Assembly (NCBI GenBank): GCA_964391315.1
Contig: CAYMJR010000002.1
Span: 89,223-153,222 of the forward strand
Length of the DNA stretch: 64,000 bases
Reading direction: 5' to 3'
Source of the DNA: an uncultured Gammaproteobacteria bacterium
GTDB lineage: Bacteria; Patescibacteriota; Microgenomatia; Levybacterales; UBA12049
Shown here: in pieces, positions 8,488-16,473 of the stretch
Numbering within the stretch: the stretch's first letter is position 1
Layout of the letters: each line of letters starts with the position of its first letter
Translations under genes and position numbers: made by a program
The notes under the pieces: generated by a model
Databases searched by the model: none
What the model was told of the DNA's origin: nothing
What the model saw: only the letters and a program-made list of their open reading frames with translations

Positions 8488-10056
8488 ATGAATTTCTATC
8501 CAACTATCAATACAAATATTTTAAAAAAAGGCAATAATTTGACTTTTTTACAGCTTGGTAAGCTTGAGAAGGTTGTTTTTGGAAAAAGACATGGTTTGGG
8601 AGAGGCATATCTTAAATATGGGAATATGTCTTTGCTTGAATTTGCTCAAAAACAATTTCATGTATCTGAGAACATGCTTATCGACGAGAAGCGCAAAAAA
8701 GAAGTGATTCAAGTTATCAAGGATGAGACAGCAAAGCGTCTCAGTCCTGAAATTGCTGAGCGTATTGAAAAGCAACTGGAGAGAGAATACCTGGCACTTA
8801 CTGCAGACCATTTTGGTCCTTTGAATGATCCACGGTATTTAAGCGGAGAGCTTCTTTCCTATGCTGTTACCCAATATAAAACTATTCCAACTGATCTTTT
8901 AGTACTTTCCTGTGCTCTTGTTTCGTTTGATAATCCTTCTTTTCCACGAGGACATGAATTTCATACCCTACAGAATGGCGTTCCGACAATGAATCAGTTA
9001 GTATTTTTCCCAAGAAAAGTACGTCCATTAATTGTCTCAGGATATCCATCTTATCAACAGGAAAATATCACATCCTTAAAAGAACGAGTTGATTTATACA
9101 TCAGAGAGGGAGTTCTTTCAAAATCTCTCGCTGAAAAGCTTAATGGAATCATTGATGACGTCTATGTTGATCCAGCATTATTTGATCTTCAAACATATTC
9201 AGAACAAATCACAAAGACAAATTTTAAACTTTGGAAGAAAATGGTGGGTGATGATGAGAAAAGCCCAAATCTTATTTTTCTTGAACAAGAATTTATTGTT
9301 AACACACTTATTCTCAAACATCATTTATATACAGATTCTCTTATTAATCGTATTCTTTTTGATACAACAATTTATGATTCATTTGTCAAAAATATGGATG
9401 GTGTTAATAGAGCATTTTCATTAAAAGATAAATCAGGCACTTATCTTTTCTGGGCATTACCAAAGGGACAAAAATATCGACAGCAATTATGGAAAGAGGG
9501 AAATCAACTGGTATCAGCTGATGGTACTTATCGTGTTGATTTGACACCTGATGCAATTGCAAATGCAATTAAAGAGAAAGAATTGATACCAAGTGCTTTG
9601 CTCGATTTTATCGTTTTGGCTTTTTACTATGGTATGTCTCTTCTTGGCGGTTCACGACAGACAACGTATCTTCCTGATATGAAAGAAGCGTTTATGAGGT
9701 TTCTTAACGAAATTGGTGATACTGAAAATAGTAATTTAGTTAAATCAATTCCAGCAGATAAATTTTCAGTTGTTATCTCTGGACTCGCCTTTCTTACCGA
9801 TAAAAATAAAGATTTGATTCCTGCGACAGCGCTTGATTTACTTTTATATGGAGATACAAAGTTTACGGACACAATTAAATATATGGCGCAAACAGCAACC
9901 TTACAGCAGGTAATTGCTCGAATCCTTCCTGATGTTTATGCAGGCGAAATACCAGAAGCAGAGCAAGATGAAAAATTGAAGAACATTACGATTAAAGATA
10001 TTGATGCGCTGACAAATTTTGAAAAAATCGTAGTATCATCTGGATATATAGAATAG
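8488..10056 (+). CDS. Hypothetical soluble protein, 522 aa, no family recognised
   Basis: Long uninterrupted ORF with an ATG start and no TM segments. I can name no motifs. It is followed 14 nt later by the NUDIX gene. Confidence 0.6.
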   Translation: MNFYPTINTNILKKGNNLTFLQLGKLEKVVFGKRHGLGEAYLKYGNMSLLEFAQKQFHVSENMLIDEKRKKEVIQVIKDETAKRLSPEIAERIEKQLEREYLALTADHFGPLNDPRYLSGELLSYAVTQYKTIPTDLLVLSCALVSFDNPSFPRGHEFHTLQNGVPTMNQLVFFPRKVRPLIVSGYPSYQQENITSLKERVDLYIREGVLSKSLAEKLNGIIDDVYVDPALFDLQTYSEQITKTNFKLWKKMVGDDEKSPNLIFLEQEFIVNTLILKHHLYTDSLINRILFDTTIYDSFVKNMDGVNRAFSLKDKSGTYLFWALPKGQKYRQQLWKEGNQLVSADGTYRVDLTPDAIANAIKEKELIPSALLDFIVLAFYYGMSLLGGSRQTTYLPDMKEAFMRFLNEIGDTENSNLVKSIPADKFSVVISGLAFLTDKNKDLIPATALDLLLYGDTKFTDTIKYMAQTATLQQVIARILPDVYAGEIPEAEQDEKLKNITIKDIDALTNFEKIVVSSGYIE

Positions 10057-10070
10057 TATAATAGACCTGT

Positions 10071-10634
10071 ATGAAGGTCCCTCAAGAAGCGAAATTAGTA
10101 TTTCAGGGAAAGATTTTTTCCGTCTACCAATGGGGGCAAGAAATGTTTGATGGCAGTCATGAAACATTTGAAATGCTCAAACGCCCTAATACTATCCAAA
10201 TTATTGCAACACAAGGAAATAAAATCCTCATGTCCCGCCAATCACAACCAAACAAACATAACTATTATTCTCTTTATGGAGGTCGCTCAGAAGAGAATGA
10301 AGATCCCCTTGTAACAGCAAAAAGAGAACTACTGGAAGAATCTGGACTTTCATCAGATGATTGGGAGCTATACAAAGTTTATTCGCCATATCACAAAATA
10401 GACTGGGAGATCTATTTTTATATTGCCCGAAATTGCCAAAAAGTTGCAGAACCACATTTGGATGCAGGAGAAAAAATTGAAGAGATGACATGTACATTTG
10501 AAGAATTTAAAAAACTGGTTGAAGAAGACAACTATCTTGCAAAAGATCTCGCGCTTGATCTCTTCAGGATGGAAAAAGCAGGAACACTTGATGAATTTAA
10601 GAAGAAGCTATTGGATGCTCAGCCTGTTGAATAG
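10071..10634 (+). CDS. NUDIX hydrolase (ADP-ribose pyrophosphatase-like)
   Basis: It has a complete Nudix box, GGRSEENEDPLVTAKRELLEESGL (GX5EX7REUXEEXGU). Confidence 0.85.
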   Translation: MKVPQEAKLVFQGKIFSVYQWGQEMFDGSHETFEMLKRPNTIQIIATQGNKILMSRQSQPNKHNYYSLYGGRSEENEDPLVTAKRELLEESGLSSDDWELYKVYSPYHKIDWEIYFYIARNCQKVAEPHLDAGEKIEEMTCTFEEFKKLVEEDNYLAKDLALDLFRMEKAGTLDEFKKKLLDAQPVE

Positions 10635-11781
10635 CTTTTTGTTTTGATGTTGCTTCTGTTTCTACTAAAGGTAATTCAATAGTAAATGTTGCTCCTTGAT
10701 TTGGTGCACTTTGCAAGCTGATTCTTCCATGGTGGGTACGAATAATGTGTTGCGTAATATACAGTCCCACCCCTAAGCCTTTATACGAATTATTAGGAAC
10801 AGCTCTTTCAAATCTATCAAAGATACGTTCCTGACGGTCTTTTGGAATGCCAATCCCATTATCTGAAACAGTGATTTTGCCAATATGGTCTTTTTTCTTA
10901 ACGGTTATTTCAATTGGTTCATGATCACCATATTTTATTGCATTTGAAATAAGGTTAGTTATTGCTTGATCAATACGCAGTTTGTCAAAGTCTCCGATTA
11001 CATTTTCTTCTGTTTGGAAATGGATAGGACAACCGTCCCGTTCTGCTTTTTCTGAAAAACGATCAATGACCTCTTTGACTAACTGTCCCAAGTCAATCCG
11101 CTCTTTTTCCAAATCGAGTCGTCCAGTCCGGATAAGTGATAAATTAAGAAGATCATTAATCATTTTAGAAAGACGTTTACTTTGTTGTTCAGTGCTTTGC
11201 AGCATATTTAACAATTTTTCAACCGAAAAATTGGCAAGTGAAACATTTCGGATATTGTGCAGGGCAGTTTGAATTTGTAAAAGCATTGCTGAAAGGGGAG
11301 TTTTGAGTTCATGTGATGCAATGGAAAGAAATTCGTCTCGTGATTTGATTTCTTTTTGTTGATAGATAGATTCTTTTTGTAATTGACTAATGAGAGCAAG
11401 GTATTCTTTTTCTTTTTGTTTATAGCTAAGAACATCTTTGGTATTTCTGGTTTTATAAATAATTATAGTAACCATAATCCCCGCAAATACGAAAATCAAA
11501 AGATCTACGAGCGAAGAGAAGTTCTGGATAAAAAATGAGTGAGAAGGAGTAAGAAAAAAATAATCAATTGCAAAAGCAGTTAGAACAGTAGTAATAGTTC
11601 CTGACCGGGCACCACCGTACCAAACACCCGTTGTGACTGCAAGCAGAGCAAGAAGATAATATGCGGCATCACTTGTCAGCAAAAAAAGTAACCAACTGAG
11701 GAGCATTGCTCCTGCACTTAGGCTTATGCTTACCCCCAAAGCTGGAAGAAGATTATTGATTCCCAGTAGTTGTTTCATCAT
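10597..11781 (-). CDS. Sensor histidine kinase (membrane DUF4118-like N-terminus, HisKA, HATPase_c); no cognate response regulator adjacent
   Basis: It has the H-box SIASHELKTPLSAM, N-box LISNAIKYG, G1 DNGIGIP and G2 GLGVGLYI. The N-terminal 4-TM region (VWYGGARSGTITTVLTAFAIDYFFLTP) resembles the KdpD-type DUF4118. Confidence 0.88.
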   Translation of the reverse strand: MMKQLLGINNLLPALGVSISLSAGAMLLSWLLFLLTSDAAYYLLALLAVTTGVWYGGARSGTITTVLTAFAIDYFFLTPSHSFFIQNFSSLVDLLIFVFAGIMVTIIIYKTRNTKDVLSYKQKEKEYLALISQLQKESIYQQKEIKSRDEFLSIASHELKTPLSAMLLQIQTALHNIRNVSLANFSVEKLLNMLQSTEQQSKRLSKMINDLLNLSLIRTGRLDLEKERIDLGQLVKEVIDRFSEKAERDGCPIHFQTEENVIGDFDKLRIDQAITNLISNAIKYGDHEPIEITVKKKDHIGKITVSDNGIGIPKDRQERIFDRFERAVPNNSYKGLGVGLYITQHIIRTHHGRISLQSAPNQGATFTIELPLVETEATSKQKAIQQAEHPIASS

Positions 11782-11870
11782 CTTCTTGAGTAATCAGTAT
11801 ACCCTTCTTTATATCTCTTGACAAGTGATGAGATGATGTGCTCTACTTAATATGTAGATCAGTTTACATC

Positions 11871-12407
11871 ATGAATAGTAAAAAATATTTCTCATCGCTA
11901 GGCTTTACTCTTATCGAACTTTTGGTAGTTATTGCAATTCTTGGTGTGCTTGCAGGAGGAGTACTTATTGCCATTAATCCGCTTGAACAGTTATCTCGAG
12001 CTCGTGATGCTGGGAGAAAGACAACGATTGATTCTCTCGGGAAATCAGTACAGGCTTATTACACGAGCCAGTCAGCTGTTTATCCTACAACAGGAACGAC
12101 ATGGATGAATACGGTTCAAACATCAGGGGAATTAAAGACTCTCCCTACCAATCCTTCCGGAACGAGTTATACAGTTGGATGTAATAATTCTGCTACTCTT
12201 GCACAGAATGGTTATTGTTATAACTCAAATGCAACAGACGCAATTGTTTATACCAGAGCTGAATCAAAATCGAGTACAACAACAGCAGGATGCAATGCAG
12301 CTACGCAAACCACATGGGTTGTCTGGTCCTCAGCTGATGGTAAAACAGGTCTTACCTGTGTTGCTAATGGCACAGATCCTGCAATTGGTGTCACTGGCCT
12401 CAAATAA
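11871..12407 (+). CDS. Type IV pilin / pseudopilin-like protein with class III (prepilin) signal peptide
   Basis: MNSKKYFSSLG|FTLIELLVVIAILGVLAG carries the canonical G/F cleavage-methylation site with Glu at +5. The C-terminal part has two Cys pairs. The track start at 11838 is an upstream extension. Confidence 0.85.
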   Translation: MNSKKYFSSLGFTLIELLVVIAILGVLAGGVLIAINPLEQLSRARDAGRKTTIDSLGKSVQAYYTSQSAVYPTTGTTWMNTVQTSGELKTLPTNPSGTSYTVGCNNSATLAQNGYCYNSNATDAIVYTRAESKSSTTTAGCNAATQTTWVVWSSADGKTGLTCVANGTDPAIGVTGLK

Positions 12408-12416
12408 ACTCCTTGG

Positions 12417-12445
12417 TTGAATACAAGCTCAATTCCCTATATAAT
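12417..12445 (+). promoter_or_regulatory. Strong sigma70-like promoter for ileS (TTGAAT-17 nt-TATAAT), ending 7 nt before the ATG
   Basis: TTGAAT is at 12417-12422, followed by a 17-nt spacer and TATAAT at 12440-12445, with the ileS ATG at 12453. The TTG used as start in the ORF track is the -35 element. Confidence 0.5.
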
Positions 12446-12452
12446 TGTACTC

Positions 12453-15293
12453 ATGTTCAAACCTATTTCGTCAAAAATTGATTTTCCAGCAATTGAGGAA
12501 GAAATACTTCGATATTGGAAAGAAAATAAAATATTTGAAAAATCCATTACCTCGCGTCCTGAAGATAAAGAGTGGACATTTCTTGACGGTCCGCCATTTG
12601 TCACAGGCATGCCTCATTATGGATCACTTCTTTCAAGTCTTCCCAAAGATCTCTTTGGACGATATTGGACCATGAAAGGGTATCGTGTTCGAAGAGTTTG
12701 GGGATGGGATGGTCATGGTCTGCCGATTGAAAATAAAGTCGAGGGCGAACTCGATATTAAACGCAAGAAAGATATTGAAGAAAAAGTCGGAATCAAAAAG
12801 TTTATCGAGCGATGTTTGTATTACGTCAACCAAGTTTCAGGCGAATGGGAATGGTATGTTGATCATATCGGACGCTGGGTTGATTTCAAAAATGCCTACA
12901 AAACATGGGACATTTCTCACATGGAATCAGTAATGTGGGTGTTTCATGAAATGTACAAGAAAGGTTATATCTACAAAGGCTTGAAGGTCTCACTTTATTG
13001 TCCGCATTGTGCAACACCTATTTCCAATTTTGAAGTTGCGATGGACGCTGAGAATTATAAGGAACTTCCTGATGCAGCAACGACATATAAATATCCCCTC
13101 GTTGGCGAAAAGAATACGTTTATCCTGGCATGGTCGACAACACCTTGGAACAAAATTGTTACTCCAGCACTTGCTGTTAATCCAAAATTGACTTATGTGA
13201 AAGTTAAACAAGGCGATGAATATTATATTTTAGCTAAAAATACCTTAAAGATGCTGGATGGCAAGAATGAGATCGTTGAAGAGTTTAAGGGTACCAAACT
13301 TGAAGGAGTGAAATTTGTTCCTCATTATGATTATTACAAAAAAGATGTGAAAGAAGGAGAAAAAGTTTTCGAAATCGTTCTTGATGAATTTGTCACTGCT
13401 GATGAAGGCACAGGTGTTGTTACTCTTGCTGTGTACGGAGAAGAGGATTTGAAAGTCATGAAAGAACAGAATATTCATATGGTCATGCACCTTGATGAAG
13501 AAGGGATGATCAAGCCTGAAGTGCCCTTCTTTGGCGGGATGTATTATCTTAAAGCAAACAAAGCAGTTGAGGAAGATTTGGAGAAGCGGGGACTTATCTA
13601 CAAAGCACAAGAATTGCCCCACAATGTTCCACTTTGCTGGAGATGCCACACACGGCTTTACTACGCGCCAATCGATGCATGGTATGTAAATGTGCAGAAT
13701 CTGAAAGAAAAAATGAAAGAGACCAATGAACTCGTCAATTGGTTCCCCAAACATTTTAAATATGGACGTTTCTTAAAGAGTCTTGAGAATGCGCCTGACT
13801 GGAATATCTCACGAAACCGCTACTGGGGAAGTCCTGTACCTGTTTGGGAATGTGACTGCGGTGAACGTTTTGTCCCAGGATCTATTAAAGAACTTGAAGA
13901 ACGTTCAGGTCAAAAAGTTACCAACCTTCACAAACCAGATATTGATGAAGTAACCGTAAAGTGTGAAAAGTGTGGTAAAGAAGTTCATCGTGTCCCGGAA
14001 GTTTTAGACAGCTGGATTGAAGCAGGATCAGCGTCATTTGGTGAACGCCATTATCCTTTTGAAAAGGATCAACCACCTCTTGATAGTTTTTATCCACCAG
14101 ATTTTATTGCTGAATATACTGGACAGATCCGTGCGTGGTTTTACGTATTACACGTCATTGCAAATGTATTGTCGCTTCGAAAAGACGGTCAAAATATGCT
14201 TTCCCGCAATGTTTTGGTAGAAGGCGTTATTCTTGGAACAGATGGCCGCAAGATGAGTAAGAATTTCAAGAATTATCCTGATCCAAAAGAAATGCTTCAA
14301 AAATATGGAGGAGATGCATTGCGCTTATATCTTATGGGAAGTCCTGTGATGCACGGAGAGGATATCCTGATTTCAGAAGATCAGTATAAGATGCAGGTCC
14401 GCGGTACCATGCTCATTCTTTGGAATGTTTACAATTTTTTTATTACGTACGCGAATATTGATAATTGGAAACCGAACGAAAGTCAAAAATCGAAAGTCGA
14501 AAGCCAAAATGTATTGGATAAATGGATCTTGACTGAGTTAACTGAACTGGTAGCAGCTGTAACGAAAAGTCTCGATGGCTATGATACGGTTACTGCGATT
14601 GATAGTCTGAAAGACTTTGTTAGTGATTTCTCAACTTGGTATATCAGACGAAGCCGTGACCGTGTTGGACCGACAGCACCATCACAGGAAGATAAAGAAG
14701 CATTTTATGAGACTACCTATCACGTGTTGACGACTCTTTGCAAATTATTTGCTCCAATTGCTCCGTTCTTTTCAGAAGCAATGTATCTCAATCTCACAAG
14801 TGAAGAGTCAGTCCATTTATCAGCATGGCCCACATTAAGTCAAAAGTTAAAAGTCGAAAGTCAAAGGCTAATTGAGGATATGAAATTGGTGAGGAAAGTT
14901 GTTGAAGTAGCGCTTGCACAGAGAAAAGAAGCGCAAAAGAAGGTCCGCCATCCACTGGCTTCTCTTCATATAACAGCAGAGTTCTCTTTGTCTGATGAAC
15001 TCAAACAGCTCATTAAAGATGAAGTCAATGTTAAGGAAGTTAAAGAAACAAAAGGGGAGTTTGCTGTTGTCTTAGACACTACCACGACAACTCCAGAACT
15101 TGAAGCAGAAGGACAAGCACGTGATATTGTCCGTCAGATCCAAGACGAGCGTAAGAAGCTCGGGACAGACTTATCAGAAAAAGTTGATGTCGTTTTGGAA
15201 TCCTGGCCAGAAAAGTTTGAAGAATATATTAAAAGAAACGCATTGGTGAATAACCTTATAAAAGGTGAATTTGCAATTAAACGTTTGCAATAA
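12453..15293 (+). CDS. ileS: Isoleucyl-tRNA synthetase, type 2 architecture
   Basis: It has the HIGH-type motif PHYGSLL, KMSKN, the Zn-knuckle pairs CPHCATP/CWRCHT and CDCG..CEKCG, and the C-terminus ELEAEGQARDIVRQIQDERKKLG typical of type 2 IleRS. The start is set at MFKPISSKIDFPAIEEEILRYW. Confidence 0.95.
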   Translation: MFKPISSKIDFPAIEEEILRYWKENKIFEKSITSRPEDKEWTFLDGPPFVTGMPHYGSLLSSLPKDLFGRYWTMKGYRVRRVWGWDGHGLPIENKVEGELDIKRKKDIEEKVGIKKFIERCLYYVNQVSGEWEWYVDHIGRWVDFKNAYKTWDISHMESVMWVFHEMYKKGYIYKGLKVSLYCPHCATPISNFEVAMDAENYKELPDAATTYKYPLVGEKNTFILAWSTTPWNKIVTPALAVNPKLTYVKVKQGDEYYILAKNTLKMLDGKNEIVEEFKGTKLEGVKFVPHYDYYKKDVKEGEKVFEIVLDEFVTADEGTGVVTLAVYGEEDLKVMKEQNIHMVMHLDEEGMIKPEVPFFGGMYYLKANKAVEEDLEKRGLIYKAQELPHNVPLCWRCHTRLYYAPIDAWYVNVQNLKEKMKETNELVNWFPKHFKYGRFLKSLENAPDWNISRNRYWGSPVPVWECDCGERFVPGSIKELEERSGQKVTNLHKPDIDEVTVKCEKCGKEVHRVPEVLDSWIEAGSASFGERHYPFEKDQPPLDSFYPPDFIAEYTGQIRAWFYVLHVIANVLSLRKDGQNMLSRNVLVEGVILGTDGRKMSKNFKNYPDPKEMLQKYGGDALRLYLMGSPVMHGEDILISEDQYKMQVRGTMLILWNVYNFFITYANIDNWKPNESQKSKVESQNVLDKWILTELTELVAAVTKSLDGYDTVTAIDSLKDFVSDFSTWYIRRSRDRVGPTAPSQEDKEAFYETTYHVLTTLCKLFAPIAPFFSEAMYLNLTSEESVHLSAWPTLSQKLKVESQRLIEDMKLVRKVVEVALAQRKEAQKKVRHPLASLHITAEFSLSDELKQLIKDEVNVKEVKETKGEFAVVLDTTTTTPELEAEGQARDIVRQIQDERKKLGTDLSEKVDVVLESWPEKFEEYIKRNALVNNLIKGEFAIKRLQ
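14471..14512 (+). repeat. Degenerate period-7 array (ACCGAAC GAAAGTC AAAAATC GAAAGTC GAAAGCC AAAATGT) inside ileS
   Basis: Read directly. It is translated as ESQKSKVESQNV in a variable linker preceding the DKWIL helix. Confidence 0.8.
14837..14871 (+). repeat. Degenerate period-7 array (AAGTCAA AAGTTAA AAGTCGA AAGTCAA AGGCTAA) inside ileS
   Basis: Read directly. It is translated as SQKLKVESQRL, just after the HLSAWP motif. Confidence 0.8.
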
Positions 15294-15307
15294 AGCAGCT
15301 GATGCTA

Positions 15308-15356
15308 TATGGTTAAATGGTCAAATGGTTATTAACCATTAGCAATTTAGCCATTT
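15308..15356. repeat. Cluster of 8-mer AATGGTTA sites (three tandem direct copies, one perfect inverted copy, one degenerate inverted copy) between ileS and rodA
   Basis: The direct copies are tATGGTTA (15308-15), AATGGTCA (15316-23) and AATGGTTA (15324-31). They are followed by T, TAACCATT (15333-40) and AGCCATTT (15349-56). Positions 15324-15340 form a 17-bp perfect palindrome. Confidence 0.85.
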
Positions 15357-15370
15357 ATCCTGACCATATT

Positions 15371-16447
15371 ATGCGTTCCCGTTTTCCAATCGATTGGTGG
15401 CTTCTGACACCTGCGTTAATTCTCGTTACTATCAGTTTGACTACCTTGCTGTCTGTTAATATTGTATATTTCAGATCTCAGCTGATTTCTTTTGTTATTG
15501 CGATTGCTGCATTTCTTTTTTTCTCCCGAATTAATCTTGATTTTATAAAACAGCTAACAATTCCAATTTATGGTATTTCATTACTGTTGCTAGCTGTTAT
15601 TTTTGCCATCGGTATTGAGAGCCACGGGGCTATCAGATGGGTTGATGTCTTAGGAACGAGTATCCAGTTTTCGGAATTACTCAAACCTTTTCTTGCTCTC
15701 GCATTTATCTCGTTTCTCTCACAAGCTCCATACTCCAAACGAAAAACATATGTCATTTCGTTGCTCTTTCTCATTCCAATTTTTCTTTTGATCACCTTAC
15801 AGCCAGACTTAGGAAGTGGACTTATTTATGTCTTCACTGCGTTTTTTATTTTATTGGTAAGTGGTTTTCCGCTATATTTGTTTGGATTGACACTATTGCC
15901 TATTCTTTTTGCATCACCTTTTATTTGGTTTGTTCTTCATGACTACCAAAGACAACGGATTCTGACGCTTCTTCATCCAACTGTTGATCCTTTAGGAACT
16001 TCCTATAACAGTATTCAGGCAATTATTGCTGTCGGATCTGGGACTTTTTTTGGTCGTGGTTGGTTCCAAGGAACACAGTCTTCCCTTAGGTTTCTTCCGG
16101 AGCGCCATACTGATTTTATTTTCGCAACACTAGCCGAAGGAATTGGCTTTATCGGGGCAGTTTTTGTCGTTTTAACGTTTGCTTGGCTTTGTTATCGGGT
16201 TTATGTGATTTTTAAGAACTCAGAAGACCAATTCAGCAAATTGTTTGCAGTGGCGTGTTTTGGCTTTTTCCTGATTCAAGGATTTATAAATATCGGGATG
16301 AATATCGGCTATTTGCCGATTGTGGGTGTGACATTGCCTTTTGTGTCATTTGGCGGCAATTCGTTGCTTGCAAACTTCATTTTTTTGGGCATTCTCTCAG
16401 CAATTAGTCGATCACAGAAAAAAGAACACGTGCTGGAAATTCGTTAG
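15371..16447 (+). CDS. rodA: SEDS-family protein, RodA-like (second SEDS paralogue)
   Basis: It has IRWVDVLGTSIQFSELLKPFLALAF, the HTDFIFA motif and LPIVGVTLPFVSFGGNSLL. The start is set at MRSRFPIDWW. The track start at 15317 runs through the 8-mer repeat region. Confidence 0.75.
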   Translation: MRSRFPIDWWLLTPALILVTISLTTLLSVNIVYFRSQLISFVIAIAAFLFFSRINLDFIKQLTIPIYGISLLLLAVIFAIGIESHGAIRWVDVLGTSIQFSELLKPFLALAFISFLSQAPYSKRKTYVISLLFLIPIFLLITLQPDLGSGLIYVFTAFFILLVSGFPLYLFGLTLLPILFASPFIWFVLHDYQRQRILTLLHPTVDPLGTSYNSIQAIIAVGSGTFFGRGWFQGTQSSLRFLPERHTDFIFATLAEGIGFIGAVFVVLTFAWLCYRVYVIFKNSEDQFSKLFAVACFGFFLIQGFINIGMNIGYLPIVGVTLPFVSFGGNSLLANFIFLGILSAISRSQKKEHVLEIR

Positions 16448-16453
16448 CTGTTC

Positions 16454-16462
16454 TGCTATAAT
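16454..16462 (+). promoter_or_regulatory. Extended -10 element TGcTATAAT upstream of rplU
   Basis: tgctataat is at 16454-16462, with the rplU ATG at 16474. This leaves room for only a ~5-nt leader. The -35 (TGGAAA) is weak. Confidence 0.35.
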
Positions 16463-16473
16463 TACCCAATACT

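Noticed and set aside
12417-12452. Upstream non-ATG start extensions offered by the ORF track: ileS TTG 12417, rodA 15317, GT-C 6160, PT-rich protein 7468, GT2 19348, pilin 11838, FtsQ-like 3094, wecB-like 35385, membrane protein 53313
   Set aside because: The extensions add non-conserved residues ahead of canonical family N-termini. Several run through promoter elements or repeat clusters (12417 is the -35 hexamer; 7468 lies in a promoter spacer; 15317 crosses the 8-mer array), or lie deep inside the upstream gene.
12408-12452. T-box or attenuator leader upstream of ileS
   Set aside because: Only 45 nt separate the pilin stop from the ileS ATG, and a promoter occupies them. T-box leaders need about 200 nt.
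13245-13754. 169-aa ORF antisense to ileS
   Set aside because: It is a shadow ORF within a strongly conserved aminoacyl-tRNA synthetase gene, and no motifs are present.
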